The notes under the pieces: model-generated
Database searches by the model: none
What the model was told of the DNA's origin: nothing
The model's input: only the letters and a program-made list of their open reading frames with translations
Shown here: positions 46,219 to 57,242 of the stretch, one piece after another
Numbering within the stretch: position 1 is the first letter of the stretch
Layout of the letters: the number at the start of each line of letters is the position of its first letter
Assembly: GCA_040756235.1 (NCBI GenBank)
Contig: JBFLZG010000087.1
Span: forward strand, 64,001-128,000
Source: a bacterium
GTDB taxonomy: Bacteria > Desulfobacterota > DSWW01
Direction: 5' to 3'
Length of the DNA: 64,000 bases
Program-made: the position numbers and the translations under genes

Positions 46219-48114
46219 ATGCTGCCATCTGATTTCCAGACCGTCGAAATCAACACCGATCTGCTGATCCTGGGCGGTGGTATGGCTGCCTGTGGTGCGA
46301 CCTTTGAAGCAGCCTATTGGGCGAAGAAGCACGGGTTGAAGGTCACCGTGGTGGACAAGGGCGTTATGGAGAGAAGCGGCGCCGTGGCCATGGGACTGTC
46401 GGCCATCAACGAGTACATCGGCATCCGCGAGGGTGAACACACCTGCGAACAGTACGTGAAGTACGTCCGCCAGGACCTGATGGGCGTCTCCCGCGAGGAT
46501 CTGGTCTACGACATCGCACGTCATGTCGACGGAACGGTCCACCTGTTCGAGAAATGGGGTCTGCCGATTTGGAAGGACGAGAAAGGCAATTACGTCCGCG
46601 AGGGTGCGTGGCAGATCATGATCAACGGCGAATCGTACAAGGTCATCGTTGCCGAGGCCGCCAAGAACGCCCTGGCGACCCTGGGAGACAAGGGACAGGT
46701 CCTGGAGCGCGTCTTCGTGGTCGAGCCCCTGATGGATGGTGACCGGTGCGTAGGCGCCGTGGGCTTCAGCATCCGTGAGCCCAAAGTCTATGTCATGAAG
46801 GCCAAGGCCGTTCTGGCTGCCATGGGCGGCGCGGTCCATGTGTTCAAGCCGCGGTCCACCGGTGAAGGTCTCGGCCGGTCCTGGTATCCCCCGTTCAACT
46901 CCGGCGCAACGGCTTACTTCACGATCAAGGCTGGCGCGGAAATGACCTGCCAGGAAGTCCGGTTCATTCCGGTTCGCTTCAAGGACGCTTACGGGCCGGT
47001 CGGCGCGTGGTTCCTCCTGTTCAAGGCGGCAGCCACGAGCGCTCTGGGCGGCGACTACATGGTGGAGAGGAAGGCGGCGCTGCAGGAGTGGGCGCCTTAC
47101 GGCTTGGGTAAGCCGATTCCGGCGAACCTTCGCAACCATCTCGGACTGCTGGATGTCTACGAAGGCAAGGGCCCGATCTACATGCAGACGGCCAAAGCCA
47201 TCCAGAACATCGCGGCCCAGTACAAGGACGATCCCAAGGGCTTCAAGAAGAAGATGAAGGAGCTCGAGAGCGAAGCCTGGGAAGACTTCCTGGACATGAC
47301 CATCAGCCAGTCGATCCTGTGGGCGGCCCACAATATTCAGCCCGAGGAGAAGCCTTCGGAAATCATGGCCTGCGAGCCTTACTTCATCGGTTCCCACTCC
47401 GGTGCGTCCGGCGCGTGGGTTTCCGGACCGAAGGACCTTGCCCCGGCCGAGTACTTCTGGGGTTACAACCGCATGACCACAGTGAAGGGCCTCTTTGCCG
47501 CGGGTGACGGCGCGGGCGCTTCCAGCCACAAGTTCTCCTCCGGCTCCCACGCCGAGGGGCGGATCGCGGCCAAGGGCGCGATCGACTTCATCCTCGACAA
47601 CAAGGCGGAGCCCAAGGTGGACGCGGCCGACGTCGAGAAGATCAAGACGATGCTGCTCAAGCCGCTCGATCTCTTTGCCAAGCACAGCAAGGAGACCAGC
47701 GACCGCGACATCAACCCGAACTACAGTATTCCCAGGCAGATCATGTTCCGCCTGCAGAAGATCATGGACGAGTACGCGGGCGGTGTCACCTCGTGCTTCG
47801 CCACCAACAAGCCCTCCCTGGAGCGCGGTCTGGAACTGATGCAGATGCTCAAAGAGGATGCCGAGAAGCTGGCAGCCGAGGACTACAATGAGCTGATGCG
47901 CTGCTGGGAGAACTACACCCGCATGTGGATCGCCGAGAGCCACATCCGGCACCTGATGTTCCGTGAGGAAACGAGATGGCCGGGCTACTACATCCGTTCG
48001 GACTTCCCGAAGATGGATGAGAAGAACTGGCACTGCTTCGTGAACTCCGTGTACGACCGCAAGACCGGCGAATGGACGATGAAGAAGGTTCCGATCGTCA
48101 ACCTGCCCGTCTGA
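46219..48114 (+). CDS. aprA: adenylylsulfate reductase alpha subunit
   Basis: RSGAVAMGLSAIN, WQIMINGESYK, RFKDAYGPVGAW, HKFSSGSHAEGR, REETRWPG. Confidence 0.97.
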   Translation: MLPSDFQTVEINTDLLILGGGMAACGATFEAAYWAKKHGLKVTVVDKGVMERSGAVAMGLSAINEYIGIREGEHTCEQYVKYVRQDLMGVSREDLVYDIARHVDGTVHLFEKWGLPIWKDEKGNYVREGAWQIMINGESYKVIVAEAAKNALATLGDKGQVLERVFVVEPLMDGDRCVGAVGFSIREPKVYVMKAKAVLAAMGGAVHVFKPRSTGEGLGRSWYPPFNSGATAYFTIKAGAEMTCQEVRFIPVRFKDAYGPVGAWFLLFKAAATSALGGDYMVERKAALQEWAPYGLGKPIPANLRNHLGLLDVYEGKGPIYMQTAKAIQNIAAQYKDDPKGFKKKMKELESEAWEDFLDMTISQSILWAAHNIQPEEKPSEIMACEPYFIGSHSGASGAWVSGPKDLAPAEYFWGYNRMTTVKGLFAAGDGAGASSHKFSSGSHAEGRIAAKGAIDFILDNKAEPKVDAADVEKIKTMLLKPLDLFAKHSKETSDRDINPNYSIPRQIMFRLQKIMDEYAGGVTSCFATNKPSLERGLELMQMLKEDAEKLAAEDYNELMRCWENYTRMWIAESHIRHLMFREETRWPGYYIRSDFPKMDEKNWHCFVNSVYDRKTGEWTMKKVPIVNLPV

Positions 48115-48129
48115 GGTGTGCCACTCTAC

Positions 48130-48169
48130 GGCCACCAGGCCCCTCGAGAGGGCCTGGTGGCCCGTTTTT
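48130..48169 (+). terminator. terminator-like hairpin between aprA and qmoA
   Basis: GGCCACCAGGCCC...GGGCCTGGTGGCC followed by CGTTTTT. Confidence 0.7.
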
Positions 48170-48300
48170 CACTTCTTGTCGCCCATCTGGACCGACTCGG
48201 AAGCAAATCCTCTTCCCGGGAACCGGAAGGGGTCGCCATATATGGTCGTCGTATTTGAAAACCTGCCGAATCCATCATGCAAACAAGGGAGCAAGCGAGG

Positions 48301-49575
48301 ATGGCTGGTGAAAAGAACAAAGCCACTGGGAATGGGGCTATTCTTGTCGTGGGGGGAGGAATCGCCGGAATCACGGCAACCCTGGAGGCTGCCGAAGTCG
48401 GCGCAGATGTCATCCTCGTAGAGAAAAACCCCTACCTGGGTGGCCGCGTGGCGCGGATGAACCGCTATTTCCCGAAACTGTGTCCTCCTACCTGCGGCCT
48501 CGAAATCAACTTCAAGAGGATGAGGAACAACTCCCGGATCCGGGTTGTGACGCTCGCCGAGGTGGAGTCGGTCAGCGGTCAGCCGGGCTCGTACGAAGTC
48601 ACCATCCGCCAGAATCCAAGATATGTAAACGAAAACTGCACGAGCTGCGGCGCCTGCGCCGAGGCGTGCTCGCTCATGGTCCCCAACGAGTTCGATCTGG
48701 ACATGAGCCAGAGGAAAGCCGCCTATCTGCCGTTCGAGATGGCCTACCCGAACCAATATGTGCTGGACCCCCAAATCATCGGAACCGACGATGCGAATCG
48801 GTGCCTTCAGGCCTGTAAATACAACGCGATCGATCTGACCATGCAGCCCCGCGTGCTCACCGAGAAGGTGGCCTCCATCATCGTGGCCACGGGCTGGAGA
48901 CCCTACGACGCCAAGAAGATGGACAAGCTCGGGTTTGGACGGATCCCCAACGTCATCACCAACGTGATGATGGAGCGGCTCGCGTCCACGAACGGTCCGA
49001 CCCAGGGCAAGCTCCTGCGTCCATCGGACAAGAAGCCGGTCCGGAGCGTGATCTTCGCTCAGTGCGCCGGATCCCGCGACGAGAACCATCTGGCCTACTG
49101 CTCCGGCGTCTGCTGCCTGGCTTCGATGAAGCAGGCGACTTACGTGCGCGAGCAGGACCCCGAAGCCCAGGTGCGGATCTTCTACATCGACGTGCGTGCC
49201 ATGGGAAAGTTCGAGGACTTCTACGCAGCCTCCCAGAAAGACGGGAAGCTCCAATTCGTCAAAGGAAAAGTGGCCAAGATCGAGGAGGACCCCGCCACTC
49301 AGGACGTGATCGTCGAGGTGGAAGACACCATGTCCGGAGAGAAGATCCGCGCGCAGGCAGACATGGTCGTTCTGGCGACCGGGATGGTGCCGAATACGGC
49401 CGGAGAGAGACTGCCGATGGACGTGGCCTACGACGAATTCGGCTTTGTGGTCTCGGACGGCTCCCAGAAGGGCATCTATGCTGCCGGATGTGCCAAGAGA
49501 CCCGTTGACGTCGCTTCGGCTCTGCAGGATGCCACCGGCTCCGCGCTGAAGGCCATTCAATGTCTGAGGAGGTAA
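48301..49575 (+). CDS. qmoA: QmoA (HdrA-like)
   Basis: FAD motif, YFPKLCPPTCG, QCAGSRDENH, CCLASMKQ; directly after aprBA. Confidence 0.93.
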   Translation: MAGEKNKATGNGAILVVGGGIAGITATLEAAEVGADVILVEKNPYLGGRVARMNRYFPKLCPPTCGLEINFKRMRNNSRIRVVTLAEVESVSGQPGSYEVTIRQNPRYVNENCTSCGACAEACSLMVPNEFDLDMSQRKAAYLPFEMAYPNQYVLDPQIIGTDDANRCLQACKYNAIDLTMQPRVLTEKVASIIVATGWRPYDAKKMDKLGFGRIPNVITNVMMERLASTNGPTQGKLLRPSDKKPVRSVIFAQCAGSRDENHLAYCSGVCCLASMKQATYVREQDPEAQVRIFYIDVRAMGKFEDFYAASQKDGKLQFVKGKVAKIEEDPATQDVIVEVEDTMSGEKIRAQADMVVLATGMVPNTAGERLPMDVAYDEFGFVVSDGSQKGIYAAGCAKRPVDVASALQDATGSALKAIQCLRR

Positions 49576-49579
49576 GGTG

Positions 49580-51817
49580 ATGGAAAAGAAGGTCGGGGTA
49601 TATATCTGCACCGGTTGTGGGATCGGCGAAGCCCTGGACGCGAAGTCGTTGGCCAAAGTGGCCACCTCCGAACAGAAGGTGCCTATCTGCAAGAGCCATG
49701 AGTTCCTGTGCGGTGCCGAGGGGCTGGACATGCTCCGCAAGGACATGGGCCAGGAAGGCGTGAACACGCTCGTCATCGCCGCCTGTTCGAAGCGAGCCAA
49801 GACCGAGGCTTTCTCGTTCGACCCCACCCAGGTGTGTGTGGAAAGGGTGAACATCCGCGAGCACGTGGCCTGGTGTCAGCCGGCCGGCGAAGAAGACACG
49901 CAGATGCTGGGGGAGGACTATCTGCGCATGGGGATCGTCAAGGCCAAGAAGATGGAGCCTCTGGCGCCGTTCAAGGAAGAGACTTCCAAGAAGATCCTCG
50001 TGGTCGGCGGCGGGGTCACGGGCATGACGGCGGCGCGGGAAGCGGCCGTGGCCGGCTACGAGGTCGTGCTGGTCGAGAAAGAGGTGCAACTGGGCGGATA
50101 CGCGGCGAAGCTGCACAAGACCTTCCCTCAGCGGGCGCCTTATCTCGAAATCGAAAACACGAACGTGGCCGCCCTGATTCAGGAGGTGGAGGCCCAGCCG
50201 AAGATCACGATCTACAAGGGAGCGGCCCTTCAGAAGACGGCCGGAGCGCCCGGCTTGTTCGACGTGACGATCCAGCAGAACGGGTCGTCCGAGACGGTTC
50301 GGGTCGGTGCGATCGTGGAAGCGGCGGGTTTCGCTCCTTACGATGCCGGCAAGCTCGGCCATCTCGGCTATGGAGAATGCACGAACGTCGTCACGCATTT
50401 CGAAGTCGAGCAGATGGCCAAAGCCGGCAAAATCCAGCGGCCTTCCGACGGCAAGGCACCCAAGGCGGTGGCGTTCATCCAGTGTGCGGGCTCCCGGGAT
50501 CCCAAACATCTCGCTTACTGCTCCGCCACCTGCTGCATGACGTCTCTAAAGCAGGCCAAGTACATACGCAACGCGAATACCGAGGCCAAGGTTTACATCC
50601 TGTACAAAGACATGCGGACCCCCGGGCAGTACGAAAATTTCTACAAGCAGGTCCAGCAGGATGAAGGCGTGTTCCTGACCAAGGGCGAGGTGACCTCGGT
50701 CGTGGAGGACGCGGACAAGGGCGTTCGCATCCAGGTCGAGAAGACGCTCCTGGGCGATAAGATCGAGATCCAGGCAGATCTCGTGGTGCTGGCTACGGGC
50801 ATGGTATCGAACGCGGCCCTCGGCGAGGAGCTCGTGGTCAAGCTGGCCGACGAAGGGGACGACAAGAAGAAGGGAGAGGAGGCCCAAGAGCCTCCGGCGG
50901 ACCGGATCATTCGCTCCAATATCCTGAATCTGGCATACCGACAGGGGCCGGAGCTTCCGGCTCTCAAGTACGGCTTTCCCGATTCCCACTACGTGTGCTT
51001 CCCCTACGAGAGCCGCAGGACCGGTATCTACCCGGCCGGCGCCGTGCGCCAGCCTATGGACGCGGCCATGGCCACCGAAGACGCCACCGGCGCTGCCCTC
51101 AAAGCCATCCAGTGCGTCGAGATGGTGGCGAGAGGGGAGGCGACCCATCCACGATCGGGAGACCTCTCGTACCCGGAGCTGTTCCTCCAGCGCTGCACGC
51201 AGTGCAAGCGCTGCACGGCGGAGTGCCCCTTCGGCATGTACGACGAGGACGAGAAGGGCACGCCCAAGCCGAATCCGACACGGTGCCGACGTTGCGGGAT
51301 CTGCATGGGAAGCTGCCCCGAGAGGATCATCAGCTTCAAAGACTTCTCGGTCGACATCATCGGCTCCATGGTGAAAACCATCGAAGTCCCGGAGGAGGAC
51401 GAAGAGAAGCCCAGGGTGGTCTGCTTCATCTGCGAGAACGATGCCTACCCGGCGGTGGACATCGCCGGCCTCCGCCGCATGCAGTACAGCCCCTTCGTCC
51501 GGTTCATTCCCCTCCGCTGCCTGGGCGACATGAACATCGTCTGGATCGCGGACTCGCTCTCCAAGGGGATCGACGGGGTCATGCTGATCGGATGCAAGTA
51601 CGGGGATGACTATCAATGTCATTTCATGAAGGGCTCGGAGCTTGCGAACTACCGGATGGGGAAGATCCAGGAAACCCTGACCCGACTGGCCCTGGAATCC
51701 GACCGGATCCGGGTGCACCAGCTCTCCATCAACGAGTACGATCAGATACCGAAGCTGGTGACGGACTTCATGGCCAAGATCGAAGAGGTGGGGCCGAATC
51801 CATACAAGGGCTTCTAG
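49580..51817 (+). CDS. qmoB: QmoB (HdrA + ferredoxin + MvhD domains)
   Basis: CTGCGI, CFPYESRRTG, CTQCKRCTAEC, CENDAYP, GCKYGDDYQCHF, NPYKGF. Confidence 0.95.
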   Translation: MEKKVGVYICTGCGIGEALDAKSLAKVATSEQKVPICKSHEFLCGAEGLDMLRKDMGQEGVNTLVIAACSKRAKTEAFSFDPTQVCVERVNIREHVAWCQPAGEEDTQMLGEDYLRMGIVKAKKMEPLAPFKEETSKKILVVGGGVTGMTAAREAAVAGYEVVLVEKEVQLGGYAAKLHKTFPQRAPYLEIENTNVAALIQEVEAQPKITIYKGAALQKTAGAPGLFDVTIQQNGSSETVRVGAIVEAAGFAPYDAGKLGHLGYGECTNVVTHFEVEQMAKAGKIQRPSDGKAPKAVAFIQCAGSRDPKHLAYCSATCCMTSLKQAKYIRNANTEAKVYILYKDMRTPGQYENFYKQVQQDEGVFLTKGEVTSVVEDADKGVRIQVEKTLLGDKIEIQADLVVLATGMVSNAALGEELVVKLADEGDDKKKGEEAQEPPADRIIRSNILNLAYRQGPELPALKYGFPDSHYVCFPYESRRTGIYPAGAVRQPMDAAMATEDATGAALKAIQCVEMVARGEATHPRSGDLSYPELFLQRCTQCKRCTAECPFGMYDEDEKGTPKPNPTRCRRCGICMGSCPERIISFKDFSVDIIGSMVKTIEVPEEDEEKPRVVCFICENDAYPAVDIAGLRRMQYSPFVRFIPLRCLGDMNIVWIADSLSKGIDGVMLIGCKYGDDYQCHFMKGSELANYRMGKIQETLTRLALESDRIRVHQLSINEYDQIPKLVTDFMAKIEEVGPNPYKGF

Positions 51818-51830
51818 GAGGGGCCTGTCG

Positions 51831-53036
51831 ATGACGCAACCCTATCGGATTGAACCCGATCTCGATTTCGTTCGAGACGTCATCCGCTCCGGCGGTGAGA
51901 CCGTCAAGAAGTGCTTTCAGTGCGCGACCTGCTCCGTGGTCTGCCCCATCTCCCCGGAGCAGGAGCCGTTTCCCAGGAAAGAGATGATCCAGGCCCAGTG
52001 GGGGCTCAAGGACAAGCTGGTCAGGGACCCGGATATCTGGCTCTGTCACAACTGCAACGACTGCTCGACCAATTGCCCCCGCGGCGCCAGACCCGGGGAC
52101 GTGCTGAATGCCCTCAGGCAGAAGAGCATCGAACACTACTCGGTCCCGGGCAAGCTCGCGCGCATGGTATCGGACCGGAAGTACCTGCCCCACCTGCTCG
52201 GCATCCCGACGCTGCTGTTCCTGATCGTGATCCTGTTCACGCACCGCTTCGGCGAGTCGATCCTGATGTCCCACGGGCAGCAGATCTCGCTCGAAGGTCT
52301 CATCCGGTCCTGGAAGATGATTCCCATGCTGGCCGTAGACGTCATCTTCATCCTGACCAGTGTCCTGGTCGTCGGGGTCTTTGCGAACGGCGTGGCGCGT
52401 TTCTGGAAGGACATGGACGCCCTCAGGCCGAGGAGATCCGGAATGGTCCCGAGCGCGATCGAGGTCATTCAGGAGCTGCTGTTCCACCGGAACTTCAAGG
52501 AGTGCGGGACGAGTCAGGACCGTTACCTGGGGCACCTGGGAGTCTTCTACGGATTCGTGGCCCTGTTCGTGGTCACGACCTGCATTTTCATCGGCATTTA
52601 CTTCCTCAGCCTCGTCGCGGACATTCCACCCACCCCCTGGGCGTGGTGGAACCCGGTCAAGCTGCTGGCGAATCTCGGTGCGATCGCCCTCCTGGCAGGG
52701 TGCTTTCTGCTCATCCGGAGCCGGCTCGCCGGGGAGGAGGACGCCAAGAGCTCTTACTACGACTGGTTCTTTCTGGGCCTCGTCACCGCAGTCGGCCTGA
52801 CCGGGCTTGCCGCGGAAGTCGTGAGATGGATCGGCATCGATTTTCTCTACTACGTACTCTATTTCATGCACCTGGTTTTCGTCTGGTCCATGATCGCCTA
52901 CTTGCCGTATTCCAAGTTTGCGCACTTGGTGTATCGGACGGCGGCGCTCATCCACGCCAAGGCTTCCGGCCGGGACCTGAAGGGCCGACCTCCCGTGCGA
53001 GTGCTCTCTCCCCGGGGAGCCGACTCTCCCGTGTGA
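51831..53036 (+). CDS. qmoC: QmoC (HdrC + membrane heme b domain)
   Basis: CFQCATCSVVC, FPRKEM, CHNCNDCSTNC, TM helices, LPYSKFAH. Confidence 0.95.
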   Translation: MTQPYRIEPDLDFVRDVIRSGGETVKKCFQCATCSVVCPISPEQEPFPRKEMIQAQWGLKDKLVRDPDIWLCHNCNDCSTNCPRGARPGDVLNALRQKSIEHYSVPGKLARMVSDRKYLPHLLGIPTLLFLIVILFTHRFGESILMSHGQQISLEGLIRSWKMIPMLAVDVIFILTSVLVVGVFANGVARFWKDMDALRPRRSGMVPSAIEVIQELLFHRNFKECGTSQDRYLGHLGVFYGFVALFVVTTCIFIGIYFLSLVADIPPTPWAWWNPVKLLANLGAIALLAGCFLLIRSRLAGEEDAKSSYYDWFFLGLVTAVGLTGLAAEVVRWIGIDFLYYVLYFMHLVFVWSMIAYLPYSKFAHLVYRTAALIHAKASGRDLKGRPPVRVLSPRGADSPV

Positions 53037-53230
53037 AGTAGAAAAGAGACAGATAACGAGTCATGAGCGGAACAATGGAAAGGTTTTGCAGGTTGAATCC
53101 GGACACAGAGAGGAGGTGACAAGGGGCCAGAGAGGATGGATGCGAAGCACGGAGTCAGATCGCTCACCCTGCCAGTTGACTGGCAGAATGGACGGACAGC
53201 CAACAGGATCTGTCTAAGGAGGAAACAGGC

Positions 53231-54505
53231 ATGGCATTGAAACACAAGACCCCCATGCTGGACGAGCTCGAGAAGGGGCCGTGGCCAAGCTTCGTTACGG
53301 ATTTGAAGCGCATGGCCGAGCGGAAGCCCGCCTGCGACGATCTCCTGGGGGTGATGGAGCTCTCCTACCGGGAGAAAGAGGGGCACTGGAAGCACGGAGG
53401 CGTGGTCGGCGTGATGGGGTATGGGGGAGGGGTCATCGGCAGATACTGTGATCGGCCGGACCTGTTCCCGTCCGTCGCCCACTTCCACACGATCCGTGTC
53501 AACCAGCCGACGGCCAAGTACTATACGACGGCCCAGCTGCGGAAGCTCTGTGACGTGTGGGAGAAGTTCGGGAGCGGCGCCACCAATATGCACGGCTCCA
53601 CCGGAGACGTGATTCTCCTGGGAACGACGACCGACAACCTGGAGCCCTGCTTTTCGGCGCTGACCCACGAGTGCGGCATGGACCTGGGCGGATCGGGCTC
53701 CGCGCTTCGGACTCCGTCGGCCTGCCTGGGCATGTCGCGCTGCGAATATTCCTGCATCGACACCCAGGACTTCATTTTCAACGTGACCAAGACCTTTCAG
53801 GATGAGCTGCATCGCCCGGCTTGGCCTTACAAGTTCAAGATCAAGTCTTCGGGCTGCTCCAACGACTGCGTGGCTTCCATCGCCCGCGCGGATTGCTCGG
53901 TGATCGGGACCTGGCGGGATAAGATTCGAGTGGACGGGGAGGCCGTGCGTGCTTATGCGGCGGGCGACCTCGTCCCTGCCGGCGGCGGCCACGGCACCGA
54001 AAAACGCAAGCTGGACGTTCAGAAAGAGGTCTGCGATCTCTGCCCCACGAAGTGCATGAGCTGGGACGGGAAGACGCTGAAGATCGAGGACAAAGAGTGC
54101 ACGCGCTGCATGCATTGCATCAACGTCATGCCCCGTGCGCTCCGTCCCGGTCTCGACCGAGGGGCCACGATCCTGTGTGGCGGCAAGGCCCCGATTCTCG
54201 AAGGCGCCCAGATGTGCAGCGTGGTCATCCCTTTCATGAAGATGGAGCCTCCTTACGAGGAGTTCAAGGAGTTCATCGAGAAGGTGTGGGAATGGTGGGA
54301 TGAGAACGGGCGGAACCGGGAGCGCCTCGGCGAGCTGATCCAGAGGCTCGGGATGAGGGCTTTCCTGGAAGCGATCGGACGTGAGCCGGACCCAAGAATG
54401 GTCTTTACCCCCAGGTACAACCCGTACATGTTCTTCAAGGAAGAAGAAGTCGAGGGTGGCTGGGACCGGAAGGCGGCCGAGTACCGCAAGAGACACCAGG
54501 CCTAG
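53231..54505 (+). CDS. dsrA: dissimilatory sulfite reductase alpha subunit
   Basis: [28 protein letters not shown]...GCSNDC siroheme motif, CTRCMHCIN. Confidence 0.97.
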   Translation: MALKHKTPMLDELEKGPWPSFVTDLKRMAERKPACDDLLGVMELSYREKEGHWKHGGVVGVMGYGGGVIGRYCDRPDLFPSVAHFHTIRVNQPTAKYYTTAQLRKLCDVWEKFGSGATNMHGSTGDVILLGTTTDNLEPCFSALTHECGMDLGGSGSALRTPSACLGMSRCEYSCIDTQDFIFNVTKTFQDELHRPAWPYKFKIKSSGCSNDCVASIARADCSVIGTWRDKIRVDGEAVRAYAAGDLVPAGGGHGTEKRKLDVQKEVCDLCPTKCMSWDGKTLKIEDKECTRCMHCINVMPRALRPGLDRGATILCGGKAPILEGAQMCSVVIPFMKMEPPYEEFKEFIEKVWEWWDENGRNRERLGELIQRLGMRAFLEAIGREPDPRMVFTPRYNPYMFFKEEEVEGGWDRKAAEYRKRHQA

Positions 54506-54519
54506 GGAGGTACGGAGAA

Positions 54520-55614
54520 ATGGCAGAAGTGAAGAGACTGACCGATATTGGCCCTCCAGACTACAAGGAGTTCCTGCCGCCTGTGATCCGGGAGAACTAC
54601 GGGAAGTGGAAGTTCCACGAGACCGTCGAGCCTGGTGTGCTCATGCACGTCTCGGAGTCGGGCGCCGCCGTGTACTCCGTTCGAGTCGGCGGGACCCGTA
54701 TCATGACCGTCGACCACATCCGTGAGATTTGTGAGATCGCGGACAAGTACTGCGGGGGCCATCTGCGCTTCACCACGCGCAACAACATCGAGTTCCTGGT
54801 GAGCGACAAGAGCCAGCTCGAGCCCCTCAAGAAGGATCTCCGGAGCCGGGGCAACAAGTTCCCGATCGGCGGGACCGGAGCCGGGGTCACGAACATCGTT
54901 CACACCCAGGGATGGCTCCACTGCCACACGCCGGCCATCGACGCTTCGGGCGTGGTGAAGGCGGTCATGGATGACCTGTTCGAGTACTTCACCTCCATGA
55001 AGCTGCCGGCCCACGTGCGCATCTCTCTGGCCTGCTGCCTCAACATGTGCGGCGCCGTGCACTGCTCGGACATCTCGATTCTGGGGATCCACCGGAAGCC
55101 GCCGCTGGTCGAGAACGAGCGGCTGGATTCGGTGTGCGAGGTCCCGCTGGCCATTGCGGCCTGCCCGACGGCGGCCATCAAACCGACCAAGGTGAAAATC
55201 GGCGACAAGGAAGTCAAGAGCGTCGTGGTGAACAACGACCGCTGCATGTTCTGCGGGAACTGCTACACCATGTGCTCCGCCATGCCTCTGGCTGACCACC
55301 AGGGGGATGGAATTGCTCTGTGGGTAGGCGGCAAGGTCTCCAACGCGCGTAAACCGCCGACCTTCTCCAAGCTGGCCGTCCCGTTCCTCCCGAACGAGCC
55401 GCCGCGCTGGCCGAGCACGGTCAAGGCCATCCGGAAGATCGTCGAGGCCTACGCTGCGGGTGCGAGGAAGTACGAGCGCATCGCAGAGTGGATCGACCGG
55501 ATCGGATGGGAGCGGTTCTTCGAAAAGGCGGGCATCGAGTTCAAACATCAGCACATTGACGACTACCGTCTGGCCATGACAACCTGGAGGACGACGGCCC
55601 AGTTCAAGTTCTAG
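54520..55614 (+). CDS. dsrB: dissimilatory sulfite reductase beta subunit
   Basis: [49 protein letters not shown]. Confidence 0.97.
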   Translation: MAEVKRLTDIGPPDYKEFLPPVIRENYGKWKFHETVEPGVLMHVSESGAAVYSVRVGGTRIMTVDHIREICEIADKYCGGHLRFTTRNNIEFLVSDKSQLEPLKKDLRSRGNKFPIGGTGAGVTNIVHTQGWLHCHTPAIDASGVVKAVMDDLFEYFTSMKLPAHVRISLACCLNMCGAVHCSDISILGIHRKPPLVENERLDSVCEVPLAIAACPTAAIKPTKVKIGDKEVKSVVVNNDRCMFCGNCYTMCSAMPLADHQGDGIALWVGGKVSNARKPPTFSKLAVPFLPNEPPRWPSTVKAIRKIVEAYAAGARKYERIAEWIDRIGWERFFEKAGIEFKHQHIDDYRLAMTTWRTTAQFKF

Positions 55615-55676
55615 ATGGCGGAGGGAATGCGGCCAAGCAGGAGCGCTTCGTCGCATTCCGCTCTGCAGTTGCTCGT

Positions 55677-55707
55677 GCAAAGGGCGACCCCGGGGGTCGC
55701 CCTTTGT
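55677..55707 (+). terminator. terminator-like hairpin after dsrB
   Basis: GCAAAGGGCGACC...GGTCGCCCTTTGT. Confidence 0.65.
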
Positions 55708-55738
55708 GCTCGGACAAACGGCGGAAAGGGAGATATCC

Positions 55739-56368
55739 TTGACCAGGCAAGACGACGCGGAAACCCTTGAGAAGCTCCGGAAGGAGCTCTTGCTCCACCC
55801 AGATTCGGCTCCCCTTCACTACAACATGGGGCTGGCGCTCGCCAGGAAAGGGGAGCTGGATGAGGCGATTTGTGAATTCAAGACCGCTTTGGAGCTGAAC
55901 TCCGGGATGGTCGAGGCCAGGATCAATCTCGGCGGCATGTATCTGCGCAAAGGGAACCTCGAGGCGGCGATCCAGGAGAACCGGAAGGTTCTCGAGATCG
56001 ATCCGAAGATGATCAACGCGTACAGCAACTTGGGTTTTCTGCTGGTGCGCCAGGGCAAGGTGGATGAAGGCATCCGGGTTTACGAAGAGGCGCTCCGCAT
56101 TCACAAGAACGTTCCCCAGGTCTACGCGAATCTCGGCCAGGCCTACCATCTCAAAGGAGACCTCGAGCGGGCGGCCGAGGCGAACGAAAAGGCCCTGGCC
56201 TTGTCCGAGCGCTTCGCTCCGGCTCATCACAATCTGGCCATGATCTACTCTCAAAAGGGGGATCTGGATGCGGCTCGCAAGCACTGCGAAGAGGCCGTTC
56301 GCCTCGGATTTCCGGTCAGTGAGGAGCTTCGGGCAAGGCTGATGCCGCCCGCAGGCGCTTCGGAGTAA
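55739..56368 (+). CDS. tetratricopeptide repeat protein
   Basis: ~5 TPRs (HYNMG, RINLG, YSNLG, YANLG, HHNLA); TTG start after GGAG. Confidence 0.9.
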   Translation: MTRQDDAETLEKLRKELLLHPDSAPLHYNMGLALARKGELDEAICEFKTALELNSGMVEARINLGGMYLRKGNLEAAIQENRKVLEIDPKMINAYSNLGFLLVRQGKVDEGIRVYEEALRIHKNVPQVYANLGQAYHLKGDLERAAEANEKALALSERFAPAHHNLAMIYSQKGDLDAARKHCEEAVRLGFPVSEELRARLMPPAGASE

Positions 56369-56431
56369 GTGCAAGCCGACACGTGAGCGCCGCGAGCCCG
56401 CCCGGTGGGGTGAGGTGTTGGAGAGCAAGAC

Positions 56432-56956
56432 ATGGATTGGGATCCAAGTCGGGAGCAGGTCCAGGGACACGGGTCGTTCGTCAAAATACGATATCGTTTG
56501 AGGACCCTGCAGGGCGAATACGTCAAAGGCGACCCTCGTGAAGGATACGCCTACCTGGAATTCTTCACGGGGTACAACCAGGTCCTCCCGGCGCTGGAGA
56601 AGAACCTGCTCGGCAAGGCAAAAGGGATGGAGCTTCGCCTTTGCCTGTCTCCCGCGGAAGCCTTCGGCCCCTACCGTCAGGACCTGCTCAAAGAGCGAAG
56701 TCTCGAGGAATTCCCGGAAGGGAGAAGCCTGGAACCCGGGAAATGGGCCTCGGCCCGGGACGAGCGAACGAGGACGGCCTACAGCTACTACGTGAAGGAG
56801 AAAGACGAACATCGGATCGTGCTGGACTTCAACCACCCGTTGGCCGGACGGGACTTGGTCTACGAGCTGAAGATCCTGGAGGTGCGGCCTGCGACGGCAG
56901 AGGAAAAGGAATTGCTGCGCCCATGCGAGACGGAGGAGGGAGACGTTCGCGGCTGA
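56432..56956 (+). CDS. FKBP-type peptidyl-prolyl isomerase (SlyD-like, no His-rich tail)
   Basis: LSPAEAFG, LDFNHPLAG, EVRPATAEE. Confidence 0.88.
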   Translation: MDWDPSREQVQGHGSFVKIRYRLRTLQGEYVKGDPREGYAYLEFFTGYNQVLPALEKNLLGKAKGMELRLCLSPAEAFGPYRQDLLKERSLEEFPEGRSLEPGKWASARDERTRTAYSYYVKEKDEHRIVLDFNHPLAGRDLVYELKILEVRPATAEEKELLRPCETEEGDVRG

Positions 56957-57067
56957 GGCGGACAAATCGCCAGATGCAAGGCGGGCGCAGAAGGGCAGGT
57001 TTTAGGTATGTATTAGGCTTCAGGGGCAGGGTTTAGGCGGGGACTGACACCCAAAACCAGACACCTG
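56955..57067. repeat. partial hairpin-element left arm followed by degenerate heptamer arrays
   Basis: GAGGCGGACAAATCGCCAGATGCAAGGCG, then CAGGTTT TAGGTAT ... CTGACAC..CAGACAC CTG. Confidence 0.5.
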
Positions 57068-57242
57068 GCGAGGCGCGCCGGAGAGGGCCGTTTCGTGGCA
57101 GGGGGGCATGCCCTTTCCGCAGGAAACGGCCGCCCCCTTGCCAGCGCATGTGTGGACCCGGTCCCGGACATCGGACAGGGATCTGAGGGCGCCGAAGGCG
57201 GGGTCGGGCTGAGAAAACCGATAGGTCGGTGAAGAGAATGGC

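Noticed and set aside
45247..48135. 962-aa minus-strand ORF, and similar long antisense ORFs (2852-5275, 22173-24611, 27953-30496, 39952-41859, 52898-54496)
   Set aside because: Shadow frames of well-supported GC3-rich genes on the other strand; no recognisable motifs
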